From the NCBI GenBank assembly GCA_951406725.2, contig OX597825.1, positions 26,288,001 through 26,352,000 on the forward strand: a stretch of 64,000 bases of DNA. The letters run 5' to 3'. Positions within the stretch are counted from its first letter, which is position 1. Every line of letters begins with the position of its first letter. The stretch comes from Octopus vulgaris. Lineage: Eukaryota. A program made the translations under genes and the position numbers. Under the pieces are notes generated by a model. The model ran no database searches. It was not told the DNA's origin and saw only the letters and a program-made list of their open reading frames with translations. This document shows positions 1 through 13,490 of this stretch, one piece after another.

Positions 1-149
1 ATTGGCTGTTACCTGAACTTCTAGATTCTACATTGTTTTCTCACCTTGTAAAATCGTGTTGGCCTTAATGGCCGAAACTATTCATCTGCCTTCTCTGCTG
101 CAAATGTGATGGAGTTAATTGTAATAAATTTATAGAATGCTGCATCATG

Positions 150-500
150 GAAAGAGATGTTTAAGAAGACAGTGACTAAGGTACGCAGACAATCTTAAAA
201 TTAATCTAAAAGTGAAAACGAATTCTCCCGAAACACTTAAAGAACTACATAGAATGCCAACGAATGAGGCTAACTCCTATAAAGTCCATTAAGAACTCCA
301 AATTGTTTACTGTCATAAACAACTGCAAGTAAAGACAAATTTTCGAACTAACATGCTATAAACAACAATACTTTCTCATGTCCAATATGTGGAATTTCTT
401 GTTGGCAGGATTAAAGTCGCATAAGAGACATAGACTCCAGAATTAAAAACAAGACACAGTATGCTGTTAGACAATTATATACTGAAATCGACGGGTGAAT
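150..500 (+). mobile_element. Decayed 3' end of an RTE-clade LINE
   Basis: Frameshifted translation gives LRYADNLKINLK (about 176-211) and FSCPICGISC / LAGLKSHKRH (about 373-431), matching the C-terminal region and C2H2 finger of RTE-type ORFs; a (TA)n tract follows. Confidence 0.65.
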
Positions 501-545
501 CTATGGTGTATATGTATACACATTCATATAAAAGCAATTATTTAA

Positions 546-546
<1 letters not shown>

Positions 547-599
<53 letters not shown>

Positions 600-607
600 A
601 TATATAT
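547..607. repeat. (TA)n microsatellite
   Basis: Directly visible. Confidence 0.95.
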
Positions 608-979
608 GTCTGTATATATGTGTTTATCTATCTTCCATTGTTATTTGCTTTTGACCTTGATTCATTCGTTGCATAAAAGACGACATGATGTAGGATAACA
701 ATTTCCAATTGTTTTGAAAGAACATATTATTCTGCTCTCTCTTTTGTAATTTCGGTTTGTTTCCTGTTTATTGTTTAGGAGAATCCAGACCATTGTTTGT
801 TGAAATTCATCATTCAAATACCGACTGGTTATAAATACATGGTTTAGAGAGAAATAATGACATGCATGCCCATACGCAAACATATTCCTAGATATATTCC
901 TAAAATAGTCAGTCTAGACACAATGTGGGTACACATACTCAAATACACACACACACACATACACACACACACATCATTG

Positions 980-1186
980 CTGTCGTAAGTATAAAACGCT
1001 GCTTTTTCAGAAAACGAAAAAAATTCCATTCCAAATCCGTTGTACTACACTTATTTTTGTGTGATATTTTTTGATATCTTGGCATCTGAAGCAGCAGGAG
1101 ATACATTAATTTGACAAAAAGCCGCTTTTTTCATCAAATATAAATTCTGAAAAAAATGCTTTTGGCCAAGTTTGGACATACGACAG
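980..1186. mobile_element. MITE-like foldback element
   Basis: Imperfect terminal inverted repeats CTGTCGTAAGT / ACATACGACAG plus inner pair GCTTTTTCAGAA / TTCTGAAAAAAATGC. Confidence 0.5.
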
Positions 1187-3365
1187 TTTAAAATAATTGC
1201 AAAAATACGTATGTACACCAAAAGTTTTCCCGCAAGCGCAACTGGCGTCATCACCTGCACAAAATATCTTGGAGCATTACTGTTGGCGGTAAGAAGTAGT
1301 CGGAGACATTATGAATACGCTTCATATATGTCTCTCTCCCCGTCTCTCTCTCTCTCTCTTTCTCTCGCTCGCTTTATAAATATGCACATACATGCTTATA
1401 AATACATACATATTGAGGAATTTGGATTCTCAAAACCAGAAAGGAGAGAGCTGATGCGAAGACAACAGTTCCAAGACATCAGTGGAGCTGTAAACATCAG
1501 TAAAACTTTCTAGAAAGTTATCATTTAAGTATATATGAGCGTGTGTAGATATGCAACTATATCCATGACAAGACAAAACAAAACATATAAATCTGCACGC
1601 ATGTATACATATAAAACCACCCAATTGTTGATGAGGAAATTCTGATGAAGAAGCCTTGGCTCTCAGTTAGAAACTGGCTCTTTATCTATGGGCAAGTGAT
1701 ATTGAAATAAAGCTGAATAATGGCATACATACATATATACATACATACATACATACATAATAGCATACATAGATACATACACGTAATATTCAACAAAAGA
1801 TCGCCATCCTATTTAATGGGATCTAATCAAAGTCAATATTCATATTTAGGGGCACTAAAGTAGTTTCAATCGTCCGTGGACAGATGAATCCGTTTCAACG
1901 TTTAGATTTTATACAACTCAAACTAGTATGTATTTTCTCAGAAAAATGTGACCAACAAAACGACCATTCAAACATCGACAAATTACCGAAAAAATGATTG
2001 ACCTTGACTGGTTTGACTTTCCATACATGCACTCCTTCATTTTTATTAAAACAGGAAATCGGTTTGCTGCGAATATATGCAAATCATTTCGCTCCATTCA
2101 CGTCATTCATTACAAATCACGTGATATACACAGAAACAATTCATCACATGAATTGCTGACATCATTAAACTGCAGGGAATTCATAAATTATATTATAATA
2201 GAAATTCGTGGTATAAACGGAGGTCAGGAAAGGAGAAGTGATAAGATATACGGAAGCACACCTCAAAAATTCAGTTTCTTTATCATGCGTGTATTATTGT
2301 GCTAGAATTATCCGTGACAAACTGTACAATAGAGAGGTAATTTTTAATGAGCAATATATGATCCTGTTCAAGGTCAGAAATTAATCCTTTATCGGTACTG
2401 TGCATGATTCTTATTCATCAAGCAAATGTTTTTGAGGGCAATCATGAACTAAGTTGAAAAGATTTACATATATTCGAACACCGTTGCAAACGTTTGCATT
2501 TTTGTTACATACTCGTTCCTTAAGTGCAATAAACAGAGAACCGATAAAACAAAGCATTTCTTTCTTTTGTCCCCTGCTAGTTTTACACCGTGATTTCAAT
2601 GCTTTTGCCCACAAAAACCTCTCCACTATTGACCTAGAAACACTACTGGAGTACTCGCCTAATGAATGTGACTTTTAGCTATAATTATTATCGTAGCGTT
2701 TTTCATTATTCTGCAGAATCAGTTAGATATCGTCATGCTGTACTATCTTTTTATGAATCATTCAAGCTTCTTTTGTTCATATGTATTGTACTGTTTCTTT
2801 TATATTCAATCAAAGTTTGCAAGTTCCAGCCCTGTTATGAAAGTATTAGTTGATATGATATTACGATCAATAATTTATGTATTTATATTTGTATTTTCAT
2901 ATTGTATTCTATTTGAAACTTTAAAAATAATTTAAGCTTTGTTTTAGGCTGAGTTATCTTAAAAAATAATGTCATTGTTTAGTTGCACAATATTTAAAAG
3001 CAAGACTACCACTCATAATTAATTAATTGCTATCTGCTGTTTCCATGAAATAATTGTTACCCCATGTATATATAGTATTAGTTCCAGGTCTCTATTGTTA
3101 TGAATATCTATTCATTATACAGAACACAATGGTTTTAGTATAATGACAAAATATATCAGCACTCTATGTAACCTGAAATATATTACATTGAATTGAAACA
3201 CACAACTGCACCTAAATGAAAAATACATGTATGTCATATATGACCGCTCTGATATATTACACAAATATTCGGCACAAAAGCTATGTGAGTACTGATGTTG
3301 TTATTATGCGGAGTGCAATTAATAGGAATTGATCTCCAATAATAATGTCTTATGCACATATGTAA

Positions 3366-3580
3366 AACGGAGAACTTGCAGAATCATTAGCAGGGCAAGC
3401 AAAATGCTTAGCGTCATCTCTACCTCCTTTATGTTCTTCGTTTAAGTTTCGCCGTGGGCCAAATTGTCTTTCATCCGTTTGGGGTCGATAAAATCAGCAC
3501 CGAGTGAGAACTGGGGTCCTCGCAGTCCACTTACCCCATAGCGAACATTCTGACCAGTGGCGAAAATTTGTAACCGATAT
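3366..3580 (+). mobile_element. tRNA-derived SINE family B, diverged copy
   Basis: Head GCAGAATCATTAGCA..AAATGCTTAGCG and core CTTTCATCCGTTTGGGGTCGATAAAAT shared with copies at about 12.8, 17.0, 24.6, 29.1, 31.2, 31.4 and 40.1 kb. Confidence 0.8.
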
Positions 3581-4102
3581 ATTAATTCTCAATCAAAAAT
3601 TATATTCATATTATATTCTATGTGTACCTTGCCCATGTTTCAAATATAAGTGCACTAGTATCGAGAGAATTTAAGATTGTGCTTACTAAATGAATATTTG
3701 TATACTTGTTATACTCAATATGTAATACTAATTCAGTATTAACAAATCGTTTTATGAAGTTTCAGTGTTTCATTAAAAGAAAGATAATGAATGTTAATCA
3801 TTGAACATTGCAAAAAGTGTACTGCAGCTTTGTTATAATAATAATTGGGATCTATTCAATTTGGCGGCCAGATATTTAAATTAATGTTTTAAAACTAAAC
3901 ACTTTAAAACATCTGATACTGGTAGAATGTGTCACATGGAACAGGGTTTATTCTTAACGTTTTCGACAAAATCTTTCTACAAAAGTTCATGTTAAAGTTG
4001 TCGTATTTAGGTAATTTTAACCAATCAGTGACGTGTATTCAGCTGAAGAAAATTACTACTGCTGTTTGCAAACAACAGCTTCTGGATCCATTGAGAAAAC
4101 GA

Positions 4103-4161
<59 letters not shown>

Positions 4162-4165
<4 letters not shown>

Positions 4166-4365
4166 ACTATACAGTCTACTTTATCACATGGTATCCGTCT
4201 TAGGATTCCTTGCACACTAGAAGGAATCCTATGAAGGATACCTCTTATATGTTTAAATGTACGCTGTATTTATATGAATAATATATAGTCTGACAATTTT
4301 TGACACGCTAGGCCACTGGTAGTAAATATTTCAAAATTTTTTTACTACCCTGATATTATTAATTA
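4162..4365 (+). mobile_element. Short foldback element with terminal hairpin tail, inserted in (TA)n
   Basis: Hairpin GGTATCC..TAGGATTCCTT / AAGGAATCCTA..GGATACC (4190-4242); tail 4281-4363 similar to 36995-37087; (TA)n on both sides. Confidence 0.6.
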
Positions 4366-4479
4366 TATATGTATATATAAATATATACATATACACGCAC
4401 ACATTAATAATATCAGAAGTTACAGTGTGACAATGGCCAAATTCGTGTTTGATAAGTGTCAATCATATATATACATATA

Positions 4480-4633
4480 TAGGAAGAGTTTGAAAAAACC
4501 AACAAAATACGAACACAGGTGGTGTCCAAAACAAACAGATGTATTAGTATAACGCTCAGGAATTGGAAAAGTCTTTTACGTTTCGAGTCTACGGTCTTCT
4601 ACAGAAAGAGACACAGAAAAAAAACAAGGAGAG

Positions 4634-4636
<3 letters not shown>
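4480..4636 (-). mobile_element. PLE pseudo-LTR-like fragment with decayed minimal hammerhead (4571-4612)
   Basis: Minus strand GTCTCTTT CTGTAGA A GACC GTAG ACTC GAAAC GTA AAAGAC (A6 altered, stem II mismatched); flanked by (TA)n; related truncated copy at about 58950-59082. Confidence 0.55.
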
Positions 4637-4711
<75 letters not shown>

Positions 4712-5094
4712 TTATGTATGTATGTATGTATGTATGTGTGTGTGTGTGTAAACAAATCTCATCACGAAATTGAACCAATCAAAGAACCTTTACCTGATCG
4801 CTGGACACGCTAAAAATAGCAGCCGAAATATCCCCCACCTAAATCACACGCCGATTGTACGTAATATCCTAGATCATCCCTAAAAAGAGGGTTTACTGAA
4901 GGCTGGAATGTCTTTGAATGTAGGTTTTCTGTACAAGGTTGATATGAGACTAAATAACAACAAAATTATGGTAAATGTCTATATTAATATCCGCACGATT
5001 TTCCCTAAGGAAAAAAAAACTTGGATTTTTTGCGCTAAATCAAGTACACTGACCTTCTAATATGCTGCAAATCACCCATTATGGTTTGGAAAAA

Positions 5095-5339
5095 AAGGGC
5101 GGGTTGTTTTCATCCGGATGCTTGTTCATTCGCTGCGATATTATTGCCATAAAAGCTTTGTAAATTGTATGGTGAAACGTTATTGGTCTGTAATTTTCTG
5201 GGTTTGCCGTTTCAGTGGGTTTGGGAATTAGGATACTTTTCATTTTCGTGAGTCATTCAAGCATTCTCTCTGGATCTGCTAGTATGTCATCAAATTTCTT
5301 AACCAGCTTTTTATTTTTTCCTGTCAGATATTTTATCCC

Positions 5340-5340
<1 letters not shown>
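5095..5340 (-). mobile_element. Reverse transcriptase fragment of an R4/Dong-like LINE
   Basis: Minus-strand translation IKYLTGKNKKLVKKFDDILADPERMLE*LTKMKSILIPKPTETANPENYRPITFHHTIYKAF (one frameshift), with the LIPK...NYRPI motifs of non-LTR RT. Confidence 0.8.
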
Positions 5341-6273
<933 letters not shown>

Positions 6274-6279
6274 ATATCT

Positions 6280-6580
6280 GAAGAGTCGTGTCATAGTAGG
6301 TAAAGGTTGCAATCATCATCTAGTGATTGTGGGTTCTATTCCCGGATCGAGTGGCGCGTTTTGTTCTTCAGCAAATGTCCACAAATCCAATTCCTCCAGT
6401 CCACTCAGCTTTAAAACAGGTACCCATGCGACAGACTACCCTGCCGGTCAATGGGGGCGGGATGCTGGCTTGCTGCTCTGGCCAGCGGTGTGGAAATTTT
6501 GAAATCTAAATCAATGCAAAGCACATTGTGGACACCGATGTATGACAGTATCTAATCGTCGGGTTACGTGAACTAGTGAC
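6280..6580 (+). mobile_element. tRNA-derived SINE related to family C, diverged
   Basis: B-box-like GGTTCTATTCC and GCGTTTTGTTCTTCAGCAAA...CTCCAGTCCACTCAGCT shared with the copy at 21432. Confidence 0.65.
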
Positions 6581-7371
6581 ATGTAGACATATGTACATCT
6601 ACATATTCAAGATTTATCAAATTTCTCTAAGAACCCGGCACAGGACACATGTCGAAAGCACTGTTGCAAAATGGAATCAAACCGAGCACTATATCATCGA
6701 AAAATATACATGTTATCGTCTCAAATTAAATCGTGGCTGCTGCAAACAATTCCAAATGTTCTGTCCTTCATCATATGATATTTGCTTCCTTGAAGGGCTA
6801 CGGCATTTTTAAATAGCCAATAACTATACTTGTCACGAACTATATTGATAAGAATTGTTATAATGTTATGTAACCCAGATTATTTGCCATTTATCTATCA
6901 CGTATTCTTTTGTAAAAAAAAAGTTATCGTTTCCCTCGTCAGATTTTCTTTTAACTATTTGCTTGTCAATACGTCAATCTCTGGAGATGATAGAAAAATG
7001 AAACCTATTAATAAATAAACAGTAATAATTATATAGTTTTTTCGAAAACTATAAAAGAAGCGCACGTTGAAAATTGAATATTGGCAAATTTATGTTCTTT
7101 ATTGGTTTATCTGTCTTATGAAATGAATAATTTTTTTTATGTTCATATGAATGTTAAATATTTTATACCAGGAAATATATATTAATTTTTATAAAAAAAA
7201 ATAAGAACGATAACAAAGCAAAGTCTGGAAGTCTTACATTTTAATAAATATATTTTATAGTGGCGGAGACATGAAGTCCATAAAAAGGAGTTGATGGAAG
7301 ATGAAACCCAAAATCTGTTAGGAAAACGTATATGACAAAATTAGAACATTTGAAGGGTTGGGTAAGAGAAA

Positions 7372-7868
7372 ATACCTACCTAACTACCTGCCTGCCTACG
7401 TAAGTACCTACGTACGTAGTTACCTACCTACTTACCGAATTTCCTACCTACCTACCTGTCTGCCTACTTACCTATCTTCCTACCTACCTATCTGCTTACC
7501 TACCTACCTACCTACCTTCTTACCTACCTACCTGCCTACCTACCTTCCTACATACCTGGCTCTCTACCTACCTTCCTACATACCTGGCTGCCTACCTGCC
7601 TTTCTACCTACCTGCCTGCCTACATACCTTCTTACCTACCTACCTGCCTACCTACCTACCTTCCTACTTACCTTCCTACCTACCTGTCTGCCTACCTACC
7701 TTCTTACCTACCTGTCTGCTTACCTACCTACCTACCTACCTACCTACCTACCTACCTACCTACCTACCTACCTACCTACCTACCTACCTACCTTCCTACC
7801 TACCTACCTGCCTGCCTACCTACCTTCCTACCTACTTACCTACCTACCTACCTACCTACCTACCTACC
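7372..7868. repeat. Degenerate (CTAC)n tetranucleotide array
   Basis: Directly visible; source of the spurious LPTY ORF. Confidence 0.95.
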
Positions 7869-7906
7869 AAGATACGTGCGTATATAGGTAGATACATACA
7901 TACATA

Positions 7907-8085
7907 CTGGCTGAGCACTAACTTTTGCATAATGTCTTTGCATAAAACCGTCTGTGAACTTACGCTATTAGAGGTTACAATCTACATTAAATTTCTGCTG
8001 TACATCCTCATATTGCGTAAGTTTATAATTAACTTCGCATAATTAGCTTTTAACAGGTATGCAAAGATTTGTTGCATAGCAGACA
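7907..8085. mobile_element. MITE-like foldback element
   Basis: Inverted pairs CTTTTGCATA / TATGCAAAG and AACTTACGCTATTAGAGG / CCTCATATTGCGTAAGTT; TA near both ends. Confidence 0.5.
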
Positions 8086-9090
8086 TATTTTCTCATACAC
8101 AGTGTCCTCTAAATTCGACAGAGGATAAATCCAAGTATATTTTCATTATCTAAAAACATCTGGATATGTTTCACAACTTTAATCATTTCTGTTCAATATT
8201 ACGATATAAAATTTAGGATATTTCATATACATTTCTTATTTAAAAGCTTATGAATATGGTCTTTTACATTTTAACTGCTCCAGTCTGTATGTTCTAATTA
8301 TATTTCCTGTTTTTATGACGGTGTTTAGTACAGAACTTATTCTCACGTAACCTATCTACTAATATCAGTAACATTTTCGTAAATTGTTGATGTAAATTGG
8401 AATTTGCAAAACTTTGATCAAATTAGTTAAAATCTTCGTGGAATCCATTTTACAGATCGTAAACTGCCAGTGTAAAAACTTCAGTGTAAATGCTAGAGCA
8501 AAATATAATTCAATAAAAGCAACGGTAAAAGAGAAATATATACTATTTATATTATTATAATATAACAATAATGTTACATAAATATATGATATCCATATTA
8601 TTATACAATAATGAATGAGGCTACAGAAATTGAAGTTAATACCTTTTAGCTATTTGAAACAATTTTCTCCAGTCACTCGACATGTTAGCAGTACACGACA
8701 CGTACTTTCAGAGCAAACGTTGCATTCGTACAGAAATCAAGGATGGAGGATACATTGAACAATGTGATTTCAGGTACGCTGTATTTTCATAAATGAAATC
8801 ATAGAGATAGAGAACGAATGGTACTATACTAGTTTTACGGAATCGAAACTCTACCAGAGTTAGATATGGATAGTACAGCAACATGACATTGAGATGTTAA
8901 TAAACGTTGCTTATATGCATATATATATATATATTATGAAATGAGATAGGGGTTGTAAATTCAACCCTCCATGGGATAATATATATCCAATATACTGCTA
9001 GAGAGGTACCCAACAAGACTAATGATTGATGATTGATTTAGGTATGTTTCTCCATTTTCTCATTTTGTATATATATATATATATATATAT

Positions 9091-9670
9091 ATTAAATACT
9101 AAGTGTAGGAATTGATGTTAATCAATTAAAACCAGTGGCTTAGCATATTTAAAAAATCTGAAGATTAAGGATTGTGATACATACAAAATTTAGAGGAATG
9201 ACCACTGATATGGACACCCTATATGCTAAACATAGACGTCAAATTGCCATTACCTCGAAGAATGTGTTCTCAAGAAAAAGTCTCAGCAAAACACCAAAAT
9301 GTAAAAAAATGAGCAAGACAAATTTAAACATACGAAATAACAACGATTACCTACGTACCATTGGTTTCACTTGTTGATATCTACGTATATAAAACACGCA
9401 GACACCTGCAAGATCATCAGGGTAGTCTGTTGTTTACAAAACGCAATTTCCAGAACTAGATACAGAACGCTCAACCAAAAATTAACATGTATAAAGTTCT
9501 GCATATAATATTTGGGTGCAATTTTTTCATACCTTCAGTTTGGCGCGCTGAGGCCGGAAATTACTCTGCCTTTTCTTGAGAACACATTCTTCAAGCTAAT
9601 GGTGATTTGACGTCTATATTTAGCATAGAGGGTTCCACTTTAGTGGTCATTCCTCTAAATGTTGTATGTA
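9091..9670 (-). mobile_element. PLE pseudo-LTR-derived foldback element carrying a hammerhead ribozyme
   Basis: About 100-bp inverted repeat (9178-9280 vs 9570-9670); hammerhead at 9351-9425; tail 9091-9177 abuts (TA)n; same family as 10637-11005. Confidence 0.75.
9351..9425 (-). ncRNA. Type I hammerhead ribozyme, intact core
   Basis: CTACC CTGATGA TCTTG [12-bp inner hairpin GTGTCTGCGTGT / ATACGTAGATAT] CAAGT GAAA CCAATGG TA CGTAG; one mismatch at the base of each of stems I and II. Confidence 0.75.
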
Positions 9671-10636
9671 CACACACACGCATACACACACATATATATA
9701 ATGTGTACGTCTATTGTATTATTTGGAAAGTAATGATCAATGTCTATTTATTTCTGTTAATGAATAATATTCTAAATGAAAAGTTTCACACCTGCAGGCT
9801 TATATAGAACGGATTTTCTTTTCAGGATACTTCATACTGTTGCATTTAATTTAATTTAGTGATATAATTTGTCTTTATTAACAAAGCAATGTTTCGATTT
9901 CAATGTAAGTTTTGCAATCAGTATAGTGCATATATATGAAGGTGGCATAATTTCGAAAAGGGCTTCAATATCTATGTCTGTAGCTTATTACATTAAATGA
10001 AGGAAAGCAGACAAAACATCTTCCCCCATTACTGTAAAAATATTGACATCGAACACTAATGCATTTAACGGCTGTCTAAATTACACTCTTTTTCCGCTGT
10101 TTTACTTTTTTCTTGTCAAATCTTGAAAGTATAAATCAGTGAGATTGAGTCATGCCATCTCACACTACTATGTTTTGAATGCTTTCCAAATATTGACTGT
10201 AATTGTATGAAAAAGTTGCGGGGAATATTTAACCCTCACTCAGTATTTCAACAACAGGAACAATCGACACTGAGGTCACACATACATAAGGTATTGTGGT
10301 TTTCCGTTTTTAAGATGGGAAACGATTTCGGTGAAATATGACTTCTATTGTGAGGAGAACATGTGACGATTCAAAATGACAACTACCTTCTTTTCAAAAT
10401 GACATTTGGACTGACATCCACCTGTGAAGATCAACTAATTAGGGTATCCACAGTGTGTGAAGGTTTACACTCCTCTTGAGGATAGCGTGCGTGATATTTG
10501 TGCTTATATGGTGCTTGTCTACGGTGTGATACGGAGATTCAAAAGCTCTTCAAATTATAATGAAGAGTAATCTATTATTGCACATTTAGGTTAAGGTGGT
10601 GAGCCAGTAGAATCGTGAGCGCGATATATATATATA

Positions 10637-10998
10637 TATATATACCAATTAAGGACTGAACACGAAAAGTGGACAGTCAACATGCTAGATATAGACGTCA
10701 AATCGTCATTCACCACAAAAGATTATGTTCTCAGATCAAACTCAACACAAAACCATAGCAATAAACAAGTGAAAAATATATTTTTCACTTGTTTATTGCT
10801 ATGGTTTTGTGTTGAGTTTGATCTGAGAACATAATCTTTTGTGGTGAATGACGATTTGACGTCTATATCTAGCATGTTGACTGTCCACTTTTCGTGTTCA
10901 GTCCTTAATTGGTATATATAAATATTTTAATCTTCGGATTCTTTTTTAATATGCTAGACCACTGGTCTTAATTGATAAATATCAATTTCTACCCTTAA

Positions 10999-11005
<7 letters not shown>
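10637..11005 (+). mobile_element. Perfect 284-bp palindrome (10637-10920) plus unpaired tail, same family as 9091-9670
   Basis: 142-bp arms with no spacer, centre GAAAAATA|TATTTTTC at 10778/10779; tail 10921-11005 carries the CTAGACCACTGGT hairpin motif; (TA)n on both sides. Confidence 0.9.
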
Positions 11006-11033
<28 letters not shown>

Positions 11034-11440
11034 CCGATGCTGGTGTGTTTACAACCCATGCTGGTGTATTTACATTCACGTAACTTAGCGGCAAATGAGA
11101 CTGATAGAATAAGTATTAGGCTTACAAACAATATGTCCTGGGATCGATTTGCTCGACTAAAGGCGGTGCTCTAATATGGCCGCAGTCAAATGACTGAGAC
11201 ATGAAAAAGAAATGATATGTGTACGTGTGTGTGCGCGCGCGCGTCTTTGTGTCTGTCTTAGCAACCGATGTCTGTGTGTTTACGTAACCGTAATTTCGCT
11301 GTTCGGCAAACGAAACCGGTAGAAGAAGCACTAGGCTTATAAAGAATAAAGACTAGGGTCGATTTCTTTGACTACAAACCTTCAAGGCGGTGCTCCAGCA
11401 TGGCTGCAGTCAAATGGCTGAAGCATATAAAATGATAGTA
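11034..11440 (+). mobile_element. Two tandem 3' halves of SINE family A
   Basis: CCGATGCTGGTGTGTTTA..TAACTTAGCGG..GATAGAATAAGTA..AAGGCGGTGCTC..ATGGCCGCAGTCAAATGACTGA occurs twice in diverged form. Confidence 0.85.
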
Positions 11441-13244
11441 AAAGAAGTATCTATGGTATGATGGAAGACTATAAGTTCATGGCTGTTTATGACTGTATGT
11501 ATATATGGTGCTTGTAGTATGGTTATATAGTCATTGTTTCAACTCAGTGCCATGATGCGTGTTGTCCAACTGATAATGAACATAATAACGGCTTCACATT
11601 TTGGTAAGAGGCCTACAGTTTCGGGGTAAGAGGAAAATCTATTACATTGATCCCAGTGCTGAGCTGGTCCTCATTTTATCGACCCCAAACATAATGAACG
11701 TAATAATGGCAACGTATAATCGTATGGCACATAGACGAGTTGAAGCAGCAGATTAGGCACAGCCTGTTTCTGTTAAGATTTATTCTTAAAATGAAATATA
11801 AAGATATTAACAAGAGGTTTACATTATATTTAAGGCATTTTTTCTCTGTGGATGGACATGACAAAACAAAATTGTCTGAGATACTCATCATACCACTTCA
11901 AAACTCGAAAAGTAACAAATAAAATAAAAGTAAAATGTAACACCAACTGTTTTGTGAAAGACAGTTATAAACCTTAACAATAGTAGAAACTGAATTTCTG
12001 TTTTGATCAATCGTTTGTTAACAATACTGCAAGTGACACGCAGGCAGTTAGATCATTCCCTGTGTGAAGGACAAATATAATGTTAGAAATAAATCACATG
12101 GCATCGAAAGAAGCATATAATTATGATCTATTATGTTGGGATTCAAGGTCAATGCAGAGTCTCTTAAACAATTGTTAAATTTATTGACAAGGGTGAAAGT
12201 GACAAGTCGTTATCTACTGAACTATACAACGTTATATTTAAGAAATTGGTGTTTGATGGGGAAGGCTTATGACAGAAATGATGTTTGTCCTACAACTAAA
12301 CATTACCAAAGTGTACCTCATCAATTTTCAAGCTGTCTTACACAAGAAAAAAGACATCAATCGATGTAATAATAAATGTAATATCGCTAATATCTAATGG
12401 AAAATATTCCCTAAAGCTGTTAATGATTTAAACCATAGAGACTGTGTTGGACTAAACTATTTGCCTATTCACACTTAGTTTCTTCGATTTATTTTCAGAG
12501 ATCAAATTCTGACAGGTTCGACGTTACGTTTCATGTTTTTAACGTCGATTAAAATATAAATTATCAATGAGTGTTGGTCGATATAATCGAATAATTTCCA
12601 TTACTACAGATATTGATCGTATATCTAATCTAGAAAAACTGATATCCTACTAATAGATAGATTTGAGTGGACTGGAGTCTTTTTGCCTTGGATACAGGGG
12701 ATGTTTTGCGTTTTCAAATGGAATATTTTGTTTTTGTTTCACAGTTAAGCCTATCGTTTGATCTTATTAACTGCCATAAGGATTGTGGTCTGGCGGAATC
12801 GCTACAGAGTCGAAGCAAGTTCTTTCTGTTATTTAATTACCGATTTGAAATCTTGCTTTCAATCCTTTGGGGTCGATAAAGGAAAGTACTAATCGGATAA
12901 TGAGGAGAATGGAATCGACTAAAACTCTTTCGTCAAATCGTTGGGACCTCTAACGAGAAGCAATTATAAACTGTGATAAAGTAAACTGGATGGGCAAAAT
13001 GGAGAAAACAATGATTTGCAACATGCGTTCCAGCTCTTTACGTTCTGCGTTTAACTCCCGCATTAGCCAACTGTTTCTGCCATCATTTTATGGTTGTAAA
13101 ACTAAGATAACATTCAAATACTGATATCAATGATATCAACTTGAAAATTAAAGTCATTGTGAGTAAATCAATAGTAATTATTTCATCTGACAGACTTATA
13201 CTGGACAACACATTTCTCTTGTGGTCTTCATTAAAATTTCGTAG

Positions 13245-13490
13245 TGACGTTGCTGTGGTAAGAAGCTTGTCTCCCAACCACATGGTTCCGGGTTCAGTAT
13301 GTATATTTATTTATTTGTGTGGGACTTTGTTTCTTCCCCCATCAGCTCTTGTCAAGCGACCGATAGCATAAGTACCCGGTTTAAAAAATGAGTACTGGAC
13401 TCGATTCATTCGACTAAAAACAAAATTCAAGGCAGTGCCCCATCATGACCGCAGTTTAATAACTCAAACATGTAAAAGATAAAAGAAAGA
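13245..13490 (+). mobile_element. SINE family A, internally deleted
   Basis: Head GTGGTAAGAAGCTTG..AACCACATGGTTCCGGGTTCAGT joined to the tail ..CGCAGTTTAATAACTCAAACATGTAAAAG. Confidence 0.75.

Noticed and set aside
55-95. GGCC TTAAT GGCC GAAAC, resembling hammerhead stem II plus GAAA
   Set aside because: No CTGANGA upstream and no stem I
1635-1690. CTGATGA...GAAAC hammerhead candidate
   Set aside because: No stem I and no stem II closing next to GAAA; a loosely similar sequence at about 30636-30680 lacks the core; more likely a retroelement 3' end with a (CATA)n tail
10290-10560. Possible very old mariner remnant (VLWFSVFKMG)
   Set aside because: Similarity too weak to support by eye
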